NCBI GenBank assembly: GCA_951406725.2
Contig: OX597818.1
Coordinates: forward strand, 17,174,001 to 17,238,000
Direction: 5' to 3'
DNA length: 64,000 nt
From: Octopus vulgaris
Lineage: Eukaryota
Positions 43,515 through 57,289 of this stretch are shown piece by piece. The notes below the pieces were generated by a model, which was given only the letters and a program-made list of their open reading frames with translations, did no database searches and was not told where the DNA came from. The stretch's first letter is position 1. Each line of letters opens with the position of its first letter. The translations under genes were made by a program, and so were the position numbers.

Positions 43515-43883
43515 ACAAATCGCCCCCTGTCCAATGGACGGTGCTGAGTTGTCAAACATTTAAATAAATTTTTTTCAAAACAACTTGTCCGACCGTCCCA
43601 TAGGCCTCCCCTTCGAGAAACACTGATTTAACTTAAATTTGAGACGCCAGCAAAAGAAGAAATAAAGATAGGCTTTTTTTCTATTCCAAAGAAAAACGAT
43701 TTCCCACGGCTTTATCGATGGCATTCTCACCGGAATCGATTTTTGAAATTTTTTCAAGACTTATACACGCCCTGATACCGTCGGTATCTACATATCAAAT
43801 CTGAGCGCAATCGGATGGAGGATGCCCGAGATCCTAGAAGCCACACACACACGCACAGACAGACAGAACGTTTATATAAGAGA
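43515..43883 (-). mobile_element. Non-autonomous Helitron-like element (copy of 9780-10181)
   Basis: Near-identical sequence to 9780-10181. Confidence 0.55.
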
Positions 43884-45634
43884 TGTTCTTGACATAACAT
43901 TCTTCTTAGATATTAGCAAATACTACTCCTCCCTAGGAAAACTAAAATCAACTTTATAATATATTCACGAGGACGTAAATTATTGCACCCCTATCTTAAA
44001 AAACCTTGCCAAACAAACTCGATTAGGATTATGAAGGACAAATCTTTTAACAATGTGATAGATTATGACGAAGAAGCTCTATGAGGAAATAGTTTTAAGG
44101 AAAAGATAGAGGAATAATATCACCATGATACAAAGTACAGAAAGCATATAATCATCTTTCAATTTGGAAGTATCGCATCGTCTGAAAATTTTTAATTTCA
44201 AATTGGAAGTAATGTATCGCCGGAAAATTTTAAAACCCAGTAAACACACTTTACTCTAACACTGAAAAATTTCACCAAGTCTTTGACAAAAAGACGATTA
44301 AAGTCAGTTATTTTGTCTTCTCCGAAATCCCGATTATCGTCTCACTACCCTATTATATAAATCTGGATAGCAGATAAGTGCATCTTACTGTTTGTTGTAA
44401 TTACGTATTACCACTGAATATACCAATAGTCACATCAAGGGAGAAACATCATGTGCTACTATAACTTTTCTAGTCTTTCAGTGATAATCTATAATGATCT
44501 TTTTGGCTACCCCACATATATACTATAGTTATAGCCTTTCACCCACATCCTCTAAACATTTTGCTTTCCTCTTTCGAAACCGATCGTATTTCAACTCTAA
44601 TCAATTACTAACCCTCAACAAAACATACGTCCTCACAATAGAACACTACTCCCGCTTCTAGTACTTTGGTTTGGAGCAAAGTGTATAAATATGAAGAGCC
44701 CCAATAACTTCGTCCTTGATGTAATATAAAGTGAAAACAATTTTTGGTCTAATGTAAATAATGGTGAGTTTAATACTATTCTCAATTTAATTACAATAAA
44801 ATGAGAATTGAGCAACCTAGTCTATAACTTGAATACCAATCTACATGTCAGATTGCAGCATTGCACCACTGCAGCATGCACTGACATGACTGCCTGATTT
44901 ACACTCTAGCAACAGTGAAATACCTCTCTGTTCGGATACACATTCATACACACATACAACTCACTATCGAGTATATTCACCTTTACAGCTCTCTTTCTCC
45001 TTTCTCGTAAGGTGTAGTATCTCTCTGTTACGAGTCTTCAGTATAGACAAACACCATTATGGCTTTAGTTTCCAGGGCATCTAAAGCACTTCAACAAAGA
45101 ATTCAAGCGCTTGGGCAACCGGAAAATTCAAACCTAGGGTCAGTATAGGATCTAACTCCTAACAGTTTCTATACCTGTATCAGCTTTCCAAATCTTCCTC
45201 TCACATTCTTTGCACTCAAAAGCTATAATAAGCGAGCAAATATAATGCTAACTAAATCTACATGCCCTTAGCTTACTTCAGACCACGTGAGTGGATGACC
45301 CTGGAATAAAGTTGCATAGACAAATAACCAGTTGAAAGTAGCTGGATACAAATTCAATTACGAGGTACCTATGCAGCAGAAACGTGTGTTGGGCACATTT
45401 AAATAAAAAAAATGCTGAATAATTGACAGTCAAGAAAAAAAAATGTAGTTTCATTAATCGCCGTATTCATTGTAACTGTCTTGGATATACATTCAGTAGA
45501 ATATACTTCAGCGACGCGGACCCAGAGTTACTCATCCGATGAAATAGAGTGAGATTGGTTACTCCAATTAGTCGTAGGTGCACCTTATAACTCGATGCGG
45601 TTTGTTACGAAAGTTGGATGCTTTAGCTCTATTT

Positions 45635-45674
<40 letters not shown>

Positions 45675-45678
<4 letters not shown>

Positions 45679-45973
45679 CGTGATCACCGTGACCGACCAG
45701 GCCATCAGATGTTGTTACACATCGCTGGTCAAAATGCGCTTCGCATTGTTTTAGCCTTCAAATGACGCCCCCCCCCCGCTGGCCAACAGAAGAAAGAGTG
45801 AGAGGAAGTTGTGGCGAAAGAGTACAGCAGGGATCGCCACCACCCCCTGCCGGAGCCTCGTGGAGCTTTAGGTGTTTTCGCTCAATAAACACTCACAACG
45901 CCCGGTCTGGGAATCGAAACCGCGATCCTACGACCGCGAGTTCACTGCCCTTAACCACTAGGCCATTGCGCCT

Positions 45974-45976
<3 letters not shown>
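45675..45976 (-). mobile_element. tRNA-derived SINE family B
   Basis: A and B boxes on the minus strand; copy of 8641-8920. Confidence 0.8.
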
Positions 45977-46025
<49 letters not shown>

Positions 46026-46097
46026 TAGGGTGGCCTTTAGCAATAGGTAATTTTCCGAAAGTTAAAATTTTGCTGCTCCCACTCACCAATCCTGATC

Positions 46098-46141
<44 letters not shown>

Positions 46142-46261
46142 TAATAAATATTAGGGAATAAATCCAAACTTACAGGGAAAAATCAGATTTAGGATTGAAT
46201 CCAATTTTATAGTAAAATATTATATTATATTAAATTTTAAAACTCGCCAAGAAAATTTTGA

Positions 46262-46328
46262 AACCACCTGATGAATGTCTGCTACTCAAAAATTTGATGA
46301 CAGAAGACAGGAAACGATCGTAGTGGTT
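46262..46328 (+). ncRNA. Type I hammerhead ribozyme motif with palindromic stem III
   Basis: Stem I AACCAC/GTGGTT; core CTGATGA; stem II TGTCT...AGACA; GAAA; CGATCG; GUA triplet (cleavage after 46322). Confidence 0.78.
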
Positions 46329-46494
46329 ATTAATTATATTTTTTAATAATTGTTACATATCTAAATAATATAAATTAATTTATGTATTGGCTTAAGTCTT
46401 TCATTGTTTGATTTGCGTAATTTAATATAATATATATATATATATATATACACATGTGTATGTGTGTGTGACTGGGCGCGCGCGTATATATATA

Positions 46495-47535
46495 CACGAC
46501 GGGCTTCTTTCAGTTTCTACCTACCAAATCCACTCTCAAGGCTTTTCTCGACCCGAGGCCGTAATACACACTTGACCAAGATGCCACGCAGTGGGACTGA
46601 ACCTGGACCATGTGGTTGGTAAGCAAGCTTCTTACCACACACCCATGTCTGCACACACGCGCGCGCGCACACACACACACACACGTATACTCCCTCTCTT
46701 TACTCTTTTACTTGTTTCAGTCATTTGACGGTGGCCATGCTGGAGCACCGCCTTTAATCGAGCAACTCGACCCCGGGACTTATTCGTTTGTAAGCCCAGT
46801 ACTTATTCTATCGGTGTCTTTTGCCGAACCGCTAAGTAACGGGGACATAAACACACCAGCATCGGTTGTCAAGCAATGCTAGGGGGAAAAACACAGACAC
46901 ACAAACACATACACGCATATATATATATATACATATATACGACGGGCTTCTTTTCAGTTTCCGTCTACCAAATCCACTCACAAGGCTTCGGTCGGCCCGA
47001 GGCTATAGTAGAAGACACTTGCCCAAGGTGCCACGCAGTGGGACTGAACCCGGAACCATGTGGCTGGTAAGCAAGCTACTTACCACACAGCTACTATGTG
47101 TGGATATATGCATGCGTATATATATATATATGCATGTATATATATATATATGTAGATTGATAGATATATACATATATACTTACTTTTACTTTTACTTGTT
47201 TCAGCAAATCGACCCCAGGACTTATTCTTTGGAAGCCTAGTACTTATTGTATCGGTCTCTTTTGCTGAACCGCTAAGTTACGGGAACGTAAACACACCAC
47301 CATCGGTTTTCAAGCGATGTTGGGGGACAAACACAGACACACATATACACACACATACATATATACATATACACATATACGACGGGCTTCTTTAGTTTCC
47401 GTCTACCAAATCCACTTACAAGGCCCGAGGCAATAGTAGAAGACACTTGCCCAAGGTGCCACGCAATGGGACTGAACCCGGAACCATGTGGTTGGTAAGC
47501 AAGCTACTTACCACACAGTCACTCCTGCGCCTATA
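46495..47535 (-). mobile_element. Tandem array of ~2.5 SINE family A units
   Basis: The blocks GACGGGCTTC...CCAAATCCACT...GGGACTGAACC recur at about 46498, 46941 and 47381. Confidence 0.8.
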
Positions 47536-47716
47536 TATATATATATATATATATATACATACATAAACATATATCCATACATGTATATATGCATGTGTAT
47601 GTGTATGAGGCATTTATGCCCTTAATATAAATAAAAATGTATATACACACACACACACATATATAATATATATATATATATATACAGACATATATTACCT
47701 ATACTTCGTGTACAAG

Positions 47717-47855
<139 letters not shown>

Positions 47856-49927
47856 AACAAATATATATACATGTATATACACAAGTGTGAGTGTGTGCAT
47901 ACGTGTGCGTATGTGTGGGGGGTTGCTGGGTGCGTCTGTGCATGTATTCCATGTAGCCAACGAACAGTACCAACTAAAGAACAGTATTAATTAAATGTTG
48001 CATTTAACAAGAAAGTCCTTTGTCTTTTAATAAGTTTAAATAATCCTGGCTAGACTTTTGGAATGAATCACTCTCAGATTAACAGAATTTCTCAACTATA
48101 TATATAGATAGGAGCTGTTTTGAGTTCAGAAAATAGTCACTGAAACCGAGTGACGAGTTAAATCGTAAAAAACAAACAATAAATTTTTTTAACAATCCAT
48201 TTATATATATACATATATATATATATATATACATATATACTTAAAACACCACAGCATATAAATAAGCAGTGATTTGTCTTTACGTTGTCTTCTAGCCACA
48301 AGAAGAGTTCCTTGTGTGTCTTTAATCAACCAATCAATCCAACCTTGTTACGATGCCTTCCTACACTCTGTACTATTTCAACGGTCGTGGCAGAGCCGAG
48401 ATCTGTCGATTTCTTTTCACTATAGCTGATATTCAATATAGCGACAAGAGGATCGAATATTCAGAATGGACCCAAATGAAATGCAGTCAGTAATTTTTTA
48501 ATATATTTTTTGCTCATGTTTTCTTTCTTCTTGCTTTATATTGTCTTCAGCTTTTTATTAAAAAAAAATTCAAGAGAGAATTTACCATGGAGTACTGCAG
48601 GTTCATTTTTGATATTTTAGGAAGGAGTTCATTAAAAATATCTAGCCTGAGATACAATATGCCTGAAAATAGCCGAAATGGTCATGGATGCAACGCTTTT
48701 GACCAAAGCTTACGCGGTGTGGGTGCTCTTAACAGAACTACCATAATTTCTTATTTCTTTATGGCCCACAAGGGGCTAAACATAGAGGGGACAAACAATG
48801 ACAGACAAACGGATTAAGTCGATTACATCAATCCCAGTGCGTAACTGGTACTTAATTTATCGACCTCGAAAGGATGAAAGGCAAAGTCGACCTCGGCGGA
48901 ATTTGAACTCAGAACATAACGGCAGACGAATTACTGCTAAGCATTTCGCCCGGCGTGCTAACGTTTCTGCCAGCTCACCGCCTTAGAACTACCATAGTTT
49001 CTAGGAATGTTTATATTTTGTCAGATGCTTTGCTTCTTCATATGCAAATAATGCCAAGAATATATACAGACAGATTGGTTAATTTATATCGGTTTATGCT
49101 TTTGAGGAAACCGTGTCCTACCAGTTAGAAACACAAGGAGGATCCCTTGATAAGGAATCGGTATTTCGTTATAAATTGTTCTTGATCTTTTATTCTATGC
49201 TTTTACTTGTGACCCATACATAAATTGTGGGTACTTAGTATTGTTTAGTAGGATATTTGATAAGCAGTTTAAATTGAAGCCGACATTTCTTTTCTGGCCC
49301 ATGTCTAGTTCATTGTAGCTGAAGTGGTGCATATCTATGATATCTGGCCTGGATTTGTAAACAGCTTTACGCGGATCTGAGTATTTATCTTTAATAAGTA
49401 AATTTTTAAATATTTATTACTCACTAAGTAGCCGAGTTGGCAGCGTCGTTACCACGCCGCGCAAAATGCTTAGCAGCATTTCGTCCGTCTTTATGTTCTG
49501 AGTTTAAATTCCGCTAAGGTCGACGTTGCCTTTCATCATTCGGGTTCGTTAAAATAAGTACTCATAGAGCACTGGGGTGGATGTAATCTCCTCTCCAGAA
49601 ATTGTTGGCCTTATGCCATAATTTGAAAACAAAATTTTATACACCCACTATCTCATTAATTAAATGCACAGTTAACTATATATCTCATAAAAGACTGTTT
49701 TATCATAAAGTCGCCAAGCATTAGTAAACATTATTTAAAAATAGTGACGACAATAAGAAATAAAATTGGGTGTAGGCGTGGCTGTATGGTAAGAAGTTTG
49801 CTTCCCAATCACATGCCTCCTGGTTTTGTCCCGTTGTGTGGCATCTTCGGCAAGTGTCTTCTACTATAGCCTCGGGCCGACTAAAATCTTGTGAGGAGAT
49901 TTGGTAGATGGAAAGTGAAAGAAGCCC

Positions 49928-49963
<36 letters not shown>

Positions 49964-50077
49964 GTAGCAACAGAAAAGAGGAATTTCGATTATCCCCACG
50001 TGGTGAGTTGTAATGTATATAAGAAATTAAAAAAAGGAAAATACGCACACTTACATAGTTTTAATATAATTTTTAAT

Positions 50078-50112
50078 ATATCGACCGGTTTCGCTATCGC
50101 TATTCATGATAT
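50078..50112 (-). ncRNA. Minimal hammerhead motif, A3-U8 core variant
   Basis: Minus strand reads ATATC ATGAATA GC-GATA-GC GAAA CCGG TC GATAT. Confidence 0.62.
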
Positions 50113-50332
50113 TATGTTTTACTTATTTGAATATGTATTTTTTCTTGAGAGGAAATTTTGTCCGTGTTGTTTGTGGTGAAATTCACGAGTGAATGACTTC
50201 ACAAGTAGATAAATAAAAGGGGAGTAATTGGTTATCGTTATTATTGTTGGTAAGGGAGATAACTGTTCAGCTTTCGGTAATGGGAGGGGAATATATATGT
50301 ACAACGACAAGTTTCGAAAACTTTGTTTAGTG

Positions 50333-50377
<45 letters not shown>

Positions 50378-51159
50378 TGTCTATGTTTGTACCTCCACCA
50401 TCGCTTGACAACCGATGTTGGTGTGTTTACGTCCCGTAACTTAACGGTTCGGCAAAAAACCCAATACACCGAAGTACTAGGATTACAAAGAATAAGTCCC
50501 GGGGGCGATTTCATCGGCTAAAACCCACTCTTAAAGGCGGTGCTCCAGCATGGCTGCAGTCAAATGTCTGAAACAAGCCAAAGAATAAAAGTAATTCTAT
50601 TGTGAATAGCAAAAGTATCAAGGAAAAAATATGGACGCATAAGATCAGGGATTCTCATCGTGGGCGGTACCCCCAACCCAAGGTGGTGCAGGGGCATTTT
50701 AGGGGCATTAAATTTTTGGGAGTGAAGAGGACGTGGTGAGGTAACATAATTAACATACTAAATTTTTATCTTAAGTAGTAACAATATTATACGTGATAAA
50801 ACTAGTAATGGTTATTAAAAGAAAATGAGATCTCGCCAAGCTCAGGAAAGTCATTAACTCTTACTATATAGAAGGTGACACTGCCTTGTGGAAAACACAA
50901 TTGTTGTGTATATTAATACAGCAACGTTTGGTCTGTTATGGGAAAGGATGTTGTACAATATTACCACATAAGAATCAGAATTTATTGTTAATGCATGTCC
51001 ATTAACAATTTCTGTTTCTGGCACTGTTTCACTAGTCAAGTCATTTCCTGACTAATTGTTCCTTTTAATAACAGTGGCCAATACAATTAAACATTATTGT
51101 TATTACGGAGATGTACTTGAATAGCAAGTGATTTGATCTGAGATCATGTGCTGAAACGA

Positions 51160-51456
51160 AAACATTTGCAGCGTGGAAGATGTTTGTAAGCCATTTAAGA
51201 AACACACAAAAGCTGTTCGATTCACTTCAACATTTAAGTTAAATTTGTCAAAAAATTTTTTTTTTTCGTCGCTTTAAGACCGCGACCTGTTCACTGACAA
51301 AAATCCATGCTGCATGGATTTTTGTCAGTGAACAGGTCGCGGTCTTAAAGCGACGAAAATATTTTGACAAATTAAACTTAAATGTTGAAGTGAATCGAAC
51401 GGCTTTTGTGTGTTTCTTAAATGGCTTACAAACACCTTCCACGCTGCAATTGTTTT
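51160..51456. repeat. ~297-bp palindrome centred at 51311 carrying hammerhead motifs in both arms
   Basis: AAAAATCCATGC-T-GCATGGATTTTT centre; arms reverse complementary apart from a poly-T expansion and a few substitutions. Confidence 0.92.
51321..51371 (+). ncRNA. Minimal hammerhead motif, G3-C8 core variant
   Basis: Stem I TTTGTCA/TGACAAA; core GTGAACA; extra G; stem II GTCGC/GCGAC; GAAA; palindromic ATAT; TT site. Confidence 0.68.
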
Positions 51457-51481
51457 TGATTATTGTTATTGTGTTCCTAAA

Positions 51482-52140
51482 AGGTGGCAAGTTGACAGAA
51501 TCGTTAGCAAACCGGGCAAAATGCATTATTGCATTTCGTCTGTTTTTACGTTCTGAGTTCGGATTTTGCCTCTCGTCCTTTCATGGTTGATCAAATAAGT
51601 ACCAGTCAAGTACTGGGGTCGATGTAACTGGCTAGTATTCTGCTCCAAAATTTTGGGCCTTGTGTCTATAATAGAAAGAAATATCATTGCGTTTCTTAAA
51701 GGCCGCGAGCTGGCAGAAACGTAAGCACTTCGGGCAAAATGCTTAGCGGCATTTCGTATATCTTTACTTTCTGAGTTCAATTTCCGCCGAGATTGACTTT
51801 TGCTTCTACCCTCACGAAGTCGATAAAATAAGTATCAGTTGACTGGGATCGATGTAATCGACTTACATCACTTCCTGAAAATGCTATCCTTGTGCCAAAC
51901 TTTGAAACAATTTTTATTGTGTTCCTAAAAGGCAACGAGCTGGCAAAAGTCGTTAGCCCCTCGTACGAAATACTTAGCATTTCTTCCGGCTCTTCACGCC
52001 CTGCGTTCAAATAGCGCCAAGGTCGGGTTTGCTTTTTATACTTTCGGGGTCGATTAAAATAAATACCAGCTGATCATTGATGTCCAGGTAATCGACATAA
52101 CCTGCTCCAAAATATTGCTTATTTGTACCAAAATTTTAAA
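51482..52140 (+). mobile_element. Head-to-tail tandem of three SINE family D units
   Basis: Units start at about 51482, 51700 and 51930, each preceded by a TTCCTAAAAGG-like junction. Confidence 0.75.
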
Positions 52141-53097
52141 CTGATATCATCGATCTGCGGGGTAAGTCCTGAATAAGACTGAATAAATAAATATCGTGAG
52201 TGCACTACTCTTAACAGGCTATCCCAGTAGAACAGTACTTTTATGAATTGTAAGTCAAGTGTCTGCAGGGATATCTAATAGTTTTTAAAGGAGCACAATA
52301 CGGGGAATCACAACCACGTGGCTTTGTGTTTATTTCCACTGTGTGGCATCTTCTACTAGTCTCCAACTGACCAATGCTTTGTAAGTAAGTTTGGTCGACA
52401 GAAACTATGCTGAAGCCCGTATATATGTCTCTATGTGTCTGTGCATGTTTGTGTTTGTCTCTCATTGCTTGAGAACTAGCGCTCGTTTGTTTACATCTCC
52501 GGAACTTAACGATTCGACAAAATAGAAATGGAATCGATAGAATATGTACCAGGCTCAAACAAATGCTGAGGTCGATTTCATTGATTAAACCCTTCGCGGC
52601 GGTTCTCCAACATGACTGCAATTCTTGTTGGCCTCGTTAGGTTAGCTACTACCGAGATGATTTTTCGCTTTCCTCGTATATATTGTTTTTAACACTGCAC
52701 GTACAGAAGAGATTTTATCTCGGACGACAACTGCAGCAACTTGTCTGTCAACAGTGTATAAACATTAAATATGATACATAGATGACTATTTTAATTTAAT
52801 ACTTCTTCAGTTGCAGTACCAGCGAATATATTGTTTACTGTCTCTTATACCAGAGGCGACAAATCTCGTCTAGGAATGTGGTTGGCTGCGAGTACACGAT
52901 GTTGATAAGGCTCATAAAGGCCGAAATACATGTGGCGTTCTTGTTAGCCGCTGCCGAGGCGATTTTTCGTCTCCTTCTAATATGTAATGAGATTTTAACA
53001 CAGTACACCCATAAGATATTTTATCTGGGATGAAAACCACAGTAACTTGCCTGTCAAAAGTGTGTATACATTGAATATGATACATAGATGGATAGTT

Positions 53098-53400
53098 TAT
53101 CATCATCATCATCAGCAGCAGCAGCAGCAGCCGTAGCATCATCATCATCGTCATCACCAGGCTAGTACATGTAAATTTAATTATCAGGAACGTTATATTG
53201 ATGTATGGTGACAACAAGTCTCCTCAAATCTCAAGTATCCTTCTTAGAGATTCTTGCAGAATATAAGATGACACTTTTCTGCAGTTCGACAATGCGAGTC
53301 TCAATTCCAATATCTTTCAGTCTCTTACGTAGCAGTTCAGGTGTTGTGCCAAGTGCATGCCACAAGACTAGTTGTTGTCTTAGTCTTCCACAGTCTCTTC
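53098..53400 (-). mobile_element. RLE-type non-LTR retrotransposon 3' end
   Basis: Minus strand gives ALGTTPELLRKRLKDIGIETRIVELQKSVILYSARI, followed by a (GAT)n/(GCT)n tail. Confidence 0.65.
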
Positions 53401-53414
53401 AGCTCTCTGGTTAG

Positions 53415-53600
53415 ATCCTTTCAGATATGCCCACAAAAAAAAGTCTGGGGTAGCCAAGTTTGGAGAACGTGAAGGCCTGTTGACATTGCCGTAGCGGGAG
53501 ATTATTCTCTCTCCAAAGCACTGCCGTAGCAATTATATTGTTTCTCTTGCGGTATGAGCAGTTGCCCCATCTTGCTGGAACCATGTGTGAGGCCTACTTT
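53415..53600 (-). mobile_element. Tc1/mariner-superfamily transposase fragment
   Basis: WFQQDGATAHTARETI and PSRSPNLATPDFFLWAYLK. Confidence 0.75.
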
Positions 53601-53629
53601 GAATGGTCGGGCGCAAAAAGGTCTCACTC

Positions 53630-53964
53630 ATGGCTACCTGAAAGAGAGGGTTTACGTCAACAAACAGGAGACCTTGGTGCAGCTGAAGGAGAACATCAAT
53701 TGAGTAATCAGAGAAGTGGGGTCTGAAACTCTTGAGGGTGTTATGGTGCAAATTTTGGAAAGAGCCCGTGTTTGCGAAGTCGAAAATGGCTACCATTTAA
53801 GTGATGTAATTTTTCATATGTGATATAGTGGTGTTGCAAAATTTGACATGTGCATATTAATTTCTATTATGTCCTTTATATTGTTTCAAAATTTCATGCA
53901 TTATTTGTAAAATTAAGGAAGTTATTAAAGATTGAAACCCATCAGTGACTTTTTGGACACCCTG
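53630..53964 (+). mobile_element. Tc1/mariner-superfamily transposon 3' end with TIR
   Basis: GYLKERVYVNKQETLVQLKENI...CEVENGYHLSDVIFHM*; ends TTTTGGACACCCTG followed by TA. Confidence 0.7.
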
Positions 53965-54804
53965 TATAACAAACATCACGAATTAAGGCTACTGATTTAA
54001 TTAATAGCAATAGCAAAAAAAAAAAAAACAACTTAAAATAAACTAAACAAACAATTCAATGCTTAAGTTTCTTTACGAAGTTTTGAATTTTCATTTGCTC
54101 ACCTTTATCTGAAATTGATATTTTAACACTCTTTGTCATTGAATCTTGCAAGTCATCGTTGCTGAGTAACTCGTAAGATAGAGGTGTTTTAACAAAGGTT
54201 GATATAAAAAGGAAAAAGAGAGAGAGAAGAAAGAAAGAGAGAGAGACAGAGAGAGACAGAGAGAGACAGACAGACAGACAGAGAGGCGGATAAATACAGA
54301 GACAAAAAAGAAAATTTCGATACATTTGTTGTTGCTGTTTCCTTTGTATTTTTCTAGAACATATCATAAATACATTAACGAATCAACCATTATATGGCTT
54401 TGTCACACATTTTGTCATTCAGATGGGGTGAGAAAAGGAAAGGCTTTGTTTCCTTTGTATTTTACATATACATACATACATACATACATACATACATACA
54501 TACATACATACATACATACATACATACATGTGTGTGTGTGTGTGTGTGCGTTTGTGTGTGTGTTAACATGGCTATCAATGGTTTCAGGTAAAGAGAGGTC
54601 TCTTCACATGAAACCATTGCGAGCATTGTTAACCTACAATTAAAGAACATTTATCCACCAACATGATGTTGAACACCCATTCTCACTTTTCGATATTAGC
54701 GCACGTACGTGTCGATGCAAAGGCAAACATACTTGTATGTTCGCATCAATGTATGTATATTTGTGCATGCTTATACATATACATACAAATATATATATAT
54801 ATAT

Positions 54805-54992
54805 ATATAATGGTTGTATACTGTCAATCTAACGCCTCCTGACAGCTTCGACACATTTTATCCTGTGTCCTGACACAGGATAAAATGTGTCGAAGCTGTC
54901 AGGAGGCGTTCGATGCCTCCTAGGGCTATATAACGGTGGTGTACCCCCTACTGTCACGTTCTTGTTAGATTGACAGTATACAGCCATTATAT
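54805..54992. repeat. Nested inverted repeats (39-bp inner hairpin, 29-bp outer arms)
   Basis: Inner 54831-54869 / 54872-54910; outer 54805-54833 / 54964-54992. Confidence 0.9.
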
Positions 54993-55068
54993 CGCTCCAC
55001 CACCGTACACCTCTCTACGAGAGATTTAGAAACTCAATATTTCTTATATATATATATATATATATATA

Positions 55069-56340
55069 TATGTTAATAAAATATATGCATATATATAAAC
55101 ATATATGTACGTACCTACCTCTACATGTACATATACACGCATATATGTGTACAGGACACCAAAAGGACGTCGAACACATAGAGAGACGAAAAACATAGAC
55201 ACAAACCACGGAACAAGACAAGCAAAAAAAGGAGATACAGGACAATAAGCACAACGAAAAATCCCCTTCTTCAGTCGCTAAAGTTTCATCTACTAAACGT
55301 TTCGAAGGATAAAAGCGAGACGTATACTTCGAATGAAAAATTCCTTCCTGCGAAAAGCAAATCAATTAAAATTCTGAGATCTTGTCGCAGAGGGGTAAAA
55401 AAGCAAGACGGTAACGACAGTACAAACATATAAACAGTAAAAAATATATATATAAACAGTGGAAAAATAAATATATAACAGTGAGAGACAAGACAAGGAG
55501 AACAAGATAAGAAGGGCTGTTAACGCCAGACGAAAAAAGTATTGCAAACGCTGGATTATAGTGGACGACGAGAGAGGAAGATGTCGACCAGTGGCCTTAG
55601 AAGGCAGGTGAGAAAGGACGGGATAGCAGTTACGACGGAAGTACGTCGCAGATGGACGACGGGAATGGGGGAGGAGGAGCAAGAGGAAGAGAGAGAAGAA
55701 GGGGAATGGTGCGAGGAGACCATGAAGAACAGTGAGGGGGAGAGAGAGAGGAAGAGACAAGTTAAGTGAGGGAAAAAAGACGAAAAAGGGAATGGGAGAG
55801 AAAGAAAGAAAGGTGCAGAGTCGCGTGAGAGTTAATATCAAGGCGAACTTGATAAACAGAACAATCTTACTTAATAGGGTGCGTGCGTTTAGTCGTATAA
55901 TATGTTAATAAAATATATGCATATATATAAACATATATGTACGTACCTACCTCTACATGTACATATACACGCATATATGTGTACAGGACACCAAAAGGAC
56001 GTCGAACACATAGAGAGACGAAAAACATAGACACAAACCACGGAACAAGACAAGCAAAAAAAAGGAGATACAGGACAATAAGCACAACGAAAAATCCCCT
56101 TCTTCAGTCGCTAAAGTTTCATCTACTAAACGTTTCGAAGGATAAAAGCGAGACGTATACTTCGAATGAAAAATTCCTTCCTGCGAAAAGCAAATCAATT
56201 AAAATTCTGAGATCTTGTCGCAGAGGGGTAAAAAAAGCAAGACGGTAACGACAGTACAAACATATAAACAGTAAAAAATATATATATAAACAGTGGAAAA
56301 ATAAATATATAACAGTGAGAGACAAGACAAGGAGAACAAG

Positions 56341-56343
<3 letters not shown>
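55069..56343 (-). mobile_element. Penelope-like partial tandem: ~440-bp direct repeats (pseudo-LTRs) flanking a short body
   Basis: 55069-55510 is nearly identical to 55900-56343. The body ends on the minus strand in IIQRLQ/..SGVNS, resembling a PLE C-terminus. The repeats contain GAAACGTT and CTGAAGA. Confidence 0.7.
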
Positions 56344-56421
<78 letters not shown>

Positions 56422-57289
56422 TATCCTTATAAAAAGCAAAGTTTTCTTGTTTGTACGTTGATCGCTGAAAACACTAAATGAAATTGATAATATTTATCGT
56501 ATCATTTAAATTGATTTGACCATTCCGCAGATAACTGTGCACTTATTTTCCGCAGTCGGATTGGTGGTGTATTGGCTCCTATTTCTAGCAATCCACGTAC
56601 TGTTTATTTCACCGTAGTACTTTTTACATAGTGAAAAAATACTCCACCTCACCTCAACTTCCAACTTTCTCTAACTTTTTACATTACATTTTTACATTGA
56701 TGTGGACCCTCATGGGCCATATGGATACCGGTTGAGAACCACTGCCCTGCAGTGTTTCAGAGTACGATACAAACTCTCTCATCATAAACTATACTACGTT
56801 AATTTTAATCCAGTGAAGTGGTCAAGAAGCTCTCTCTCTGCATCCATGTATTCCTTTGAAGTCGCTGCAGGGCATCTGCCTTTTCTCTGTCTATACGTCC
56901 CTCCCTATGTCTCAATCTCTCTCACGATCTCCCTCCCCCCTCTCTCTCTCTCTCTCTCTGGATGTATATGTGTGTGTGTCTCTGTCCCACTACCTCTACC
57001 TCCTTTTCTCTTTAGAGAAAGAACACACGAGAGACAGACAGAGAAAGGGGGTTGACGCCAGACCTCTGCTTTCTCTCTGTCTATATGTCCCTTTCTATGT
57101 CTCTATCTGTCTCACTATCTGCCCCCTCTCTCTCTCTGTTTGTATATGTGTCTCTCACACTATCTCTACCTATCTGTCGCAAATAGAAAGGGGGTTAGGA
57201 AGAAAAAACAAGTGAGACAGCGGGAGGATAGAGGCAGACACATCTTTATATCTATCGACAAAGTTGTCGACGAGGCGATGCTGTTCATT

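Noticed and set aside
43900-45620. Non-microsatellite stretch that might hide an exon or second gene
   Set aside because: No ORF with recognisable homology or convincing splice-bounded frame. Left unassigned; a translated search would be needed.
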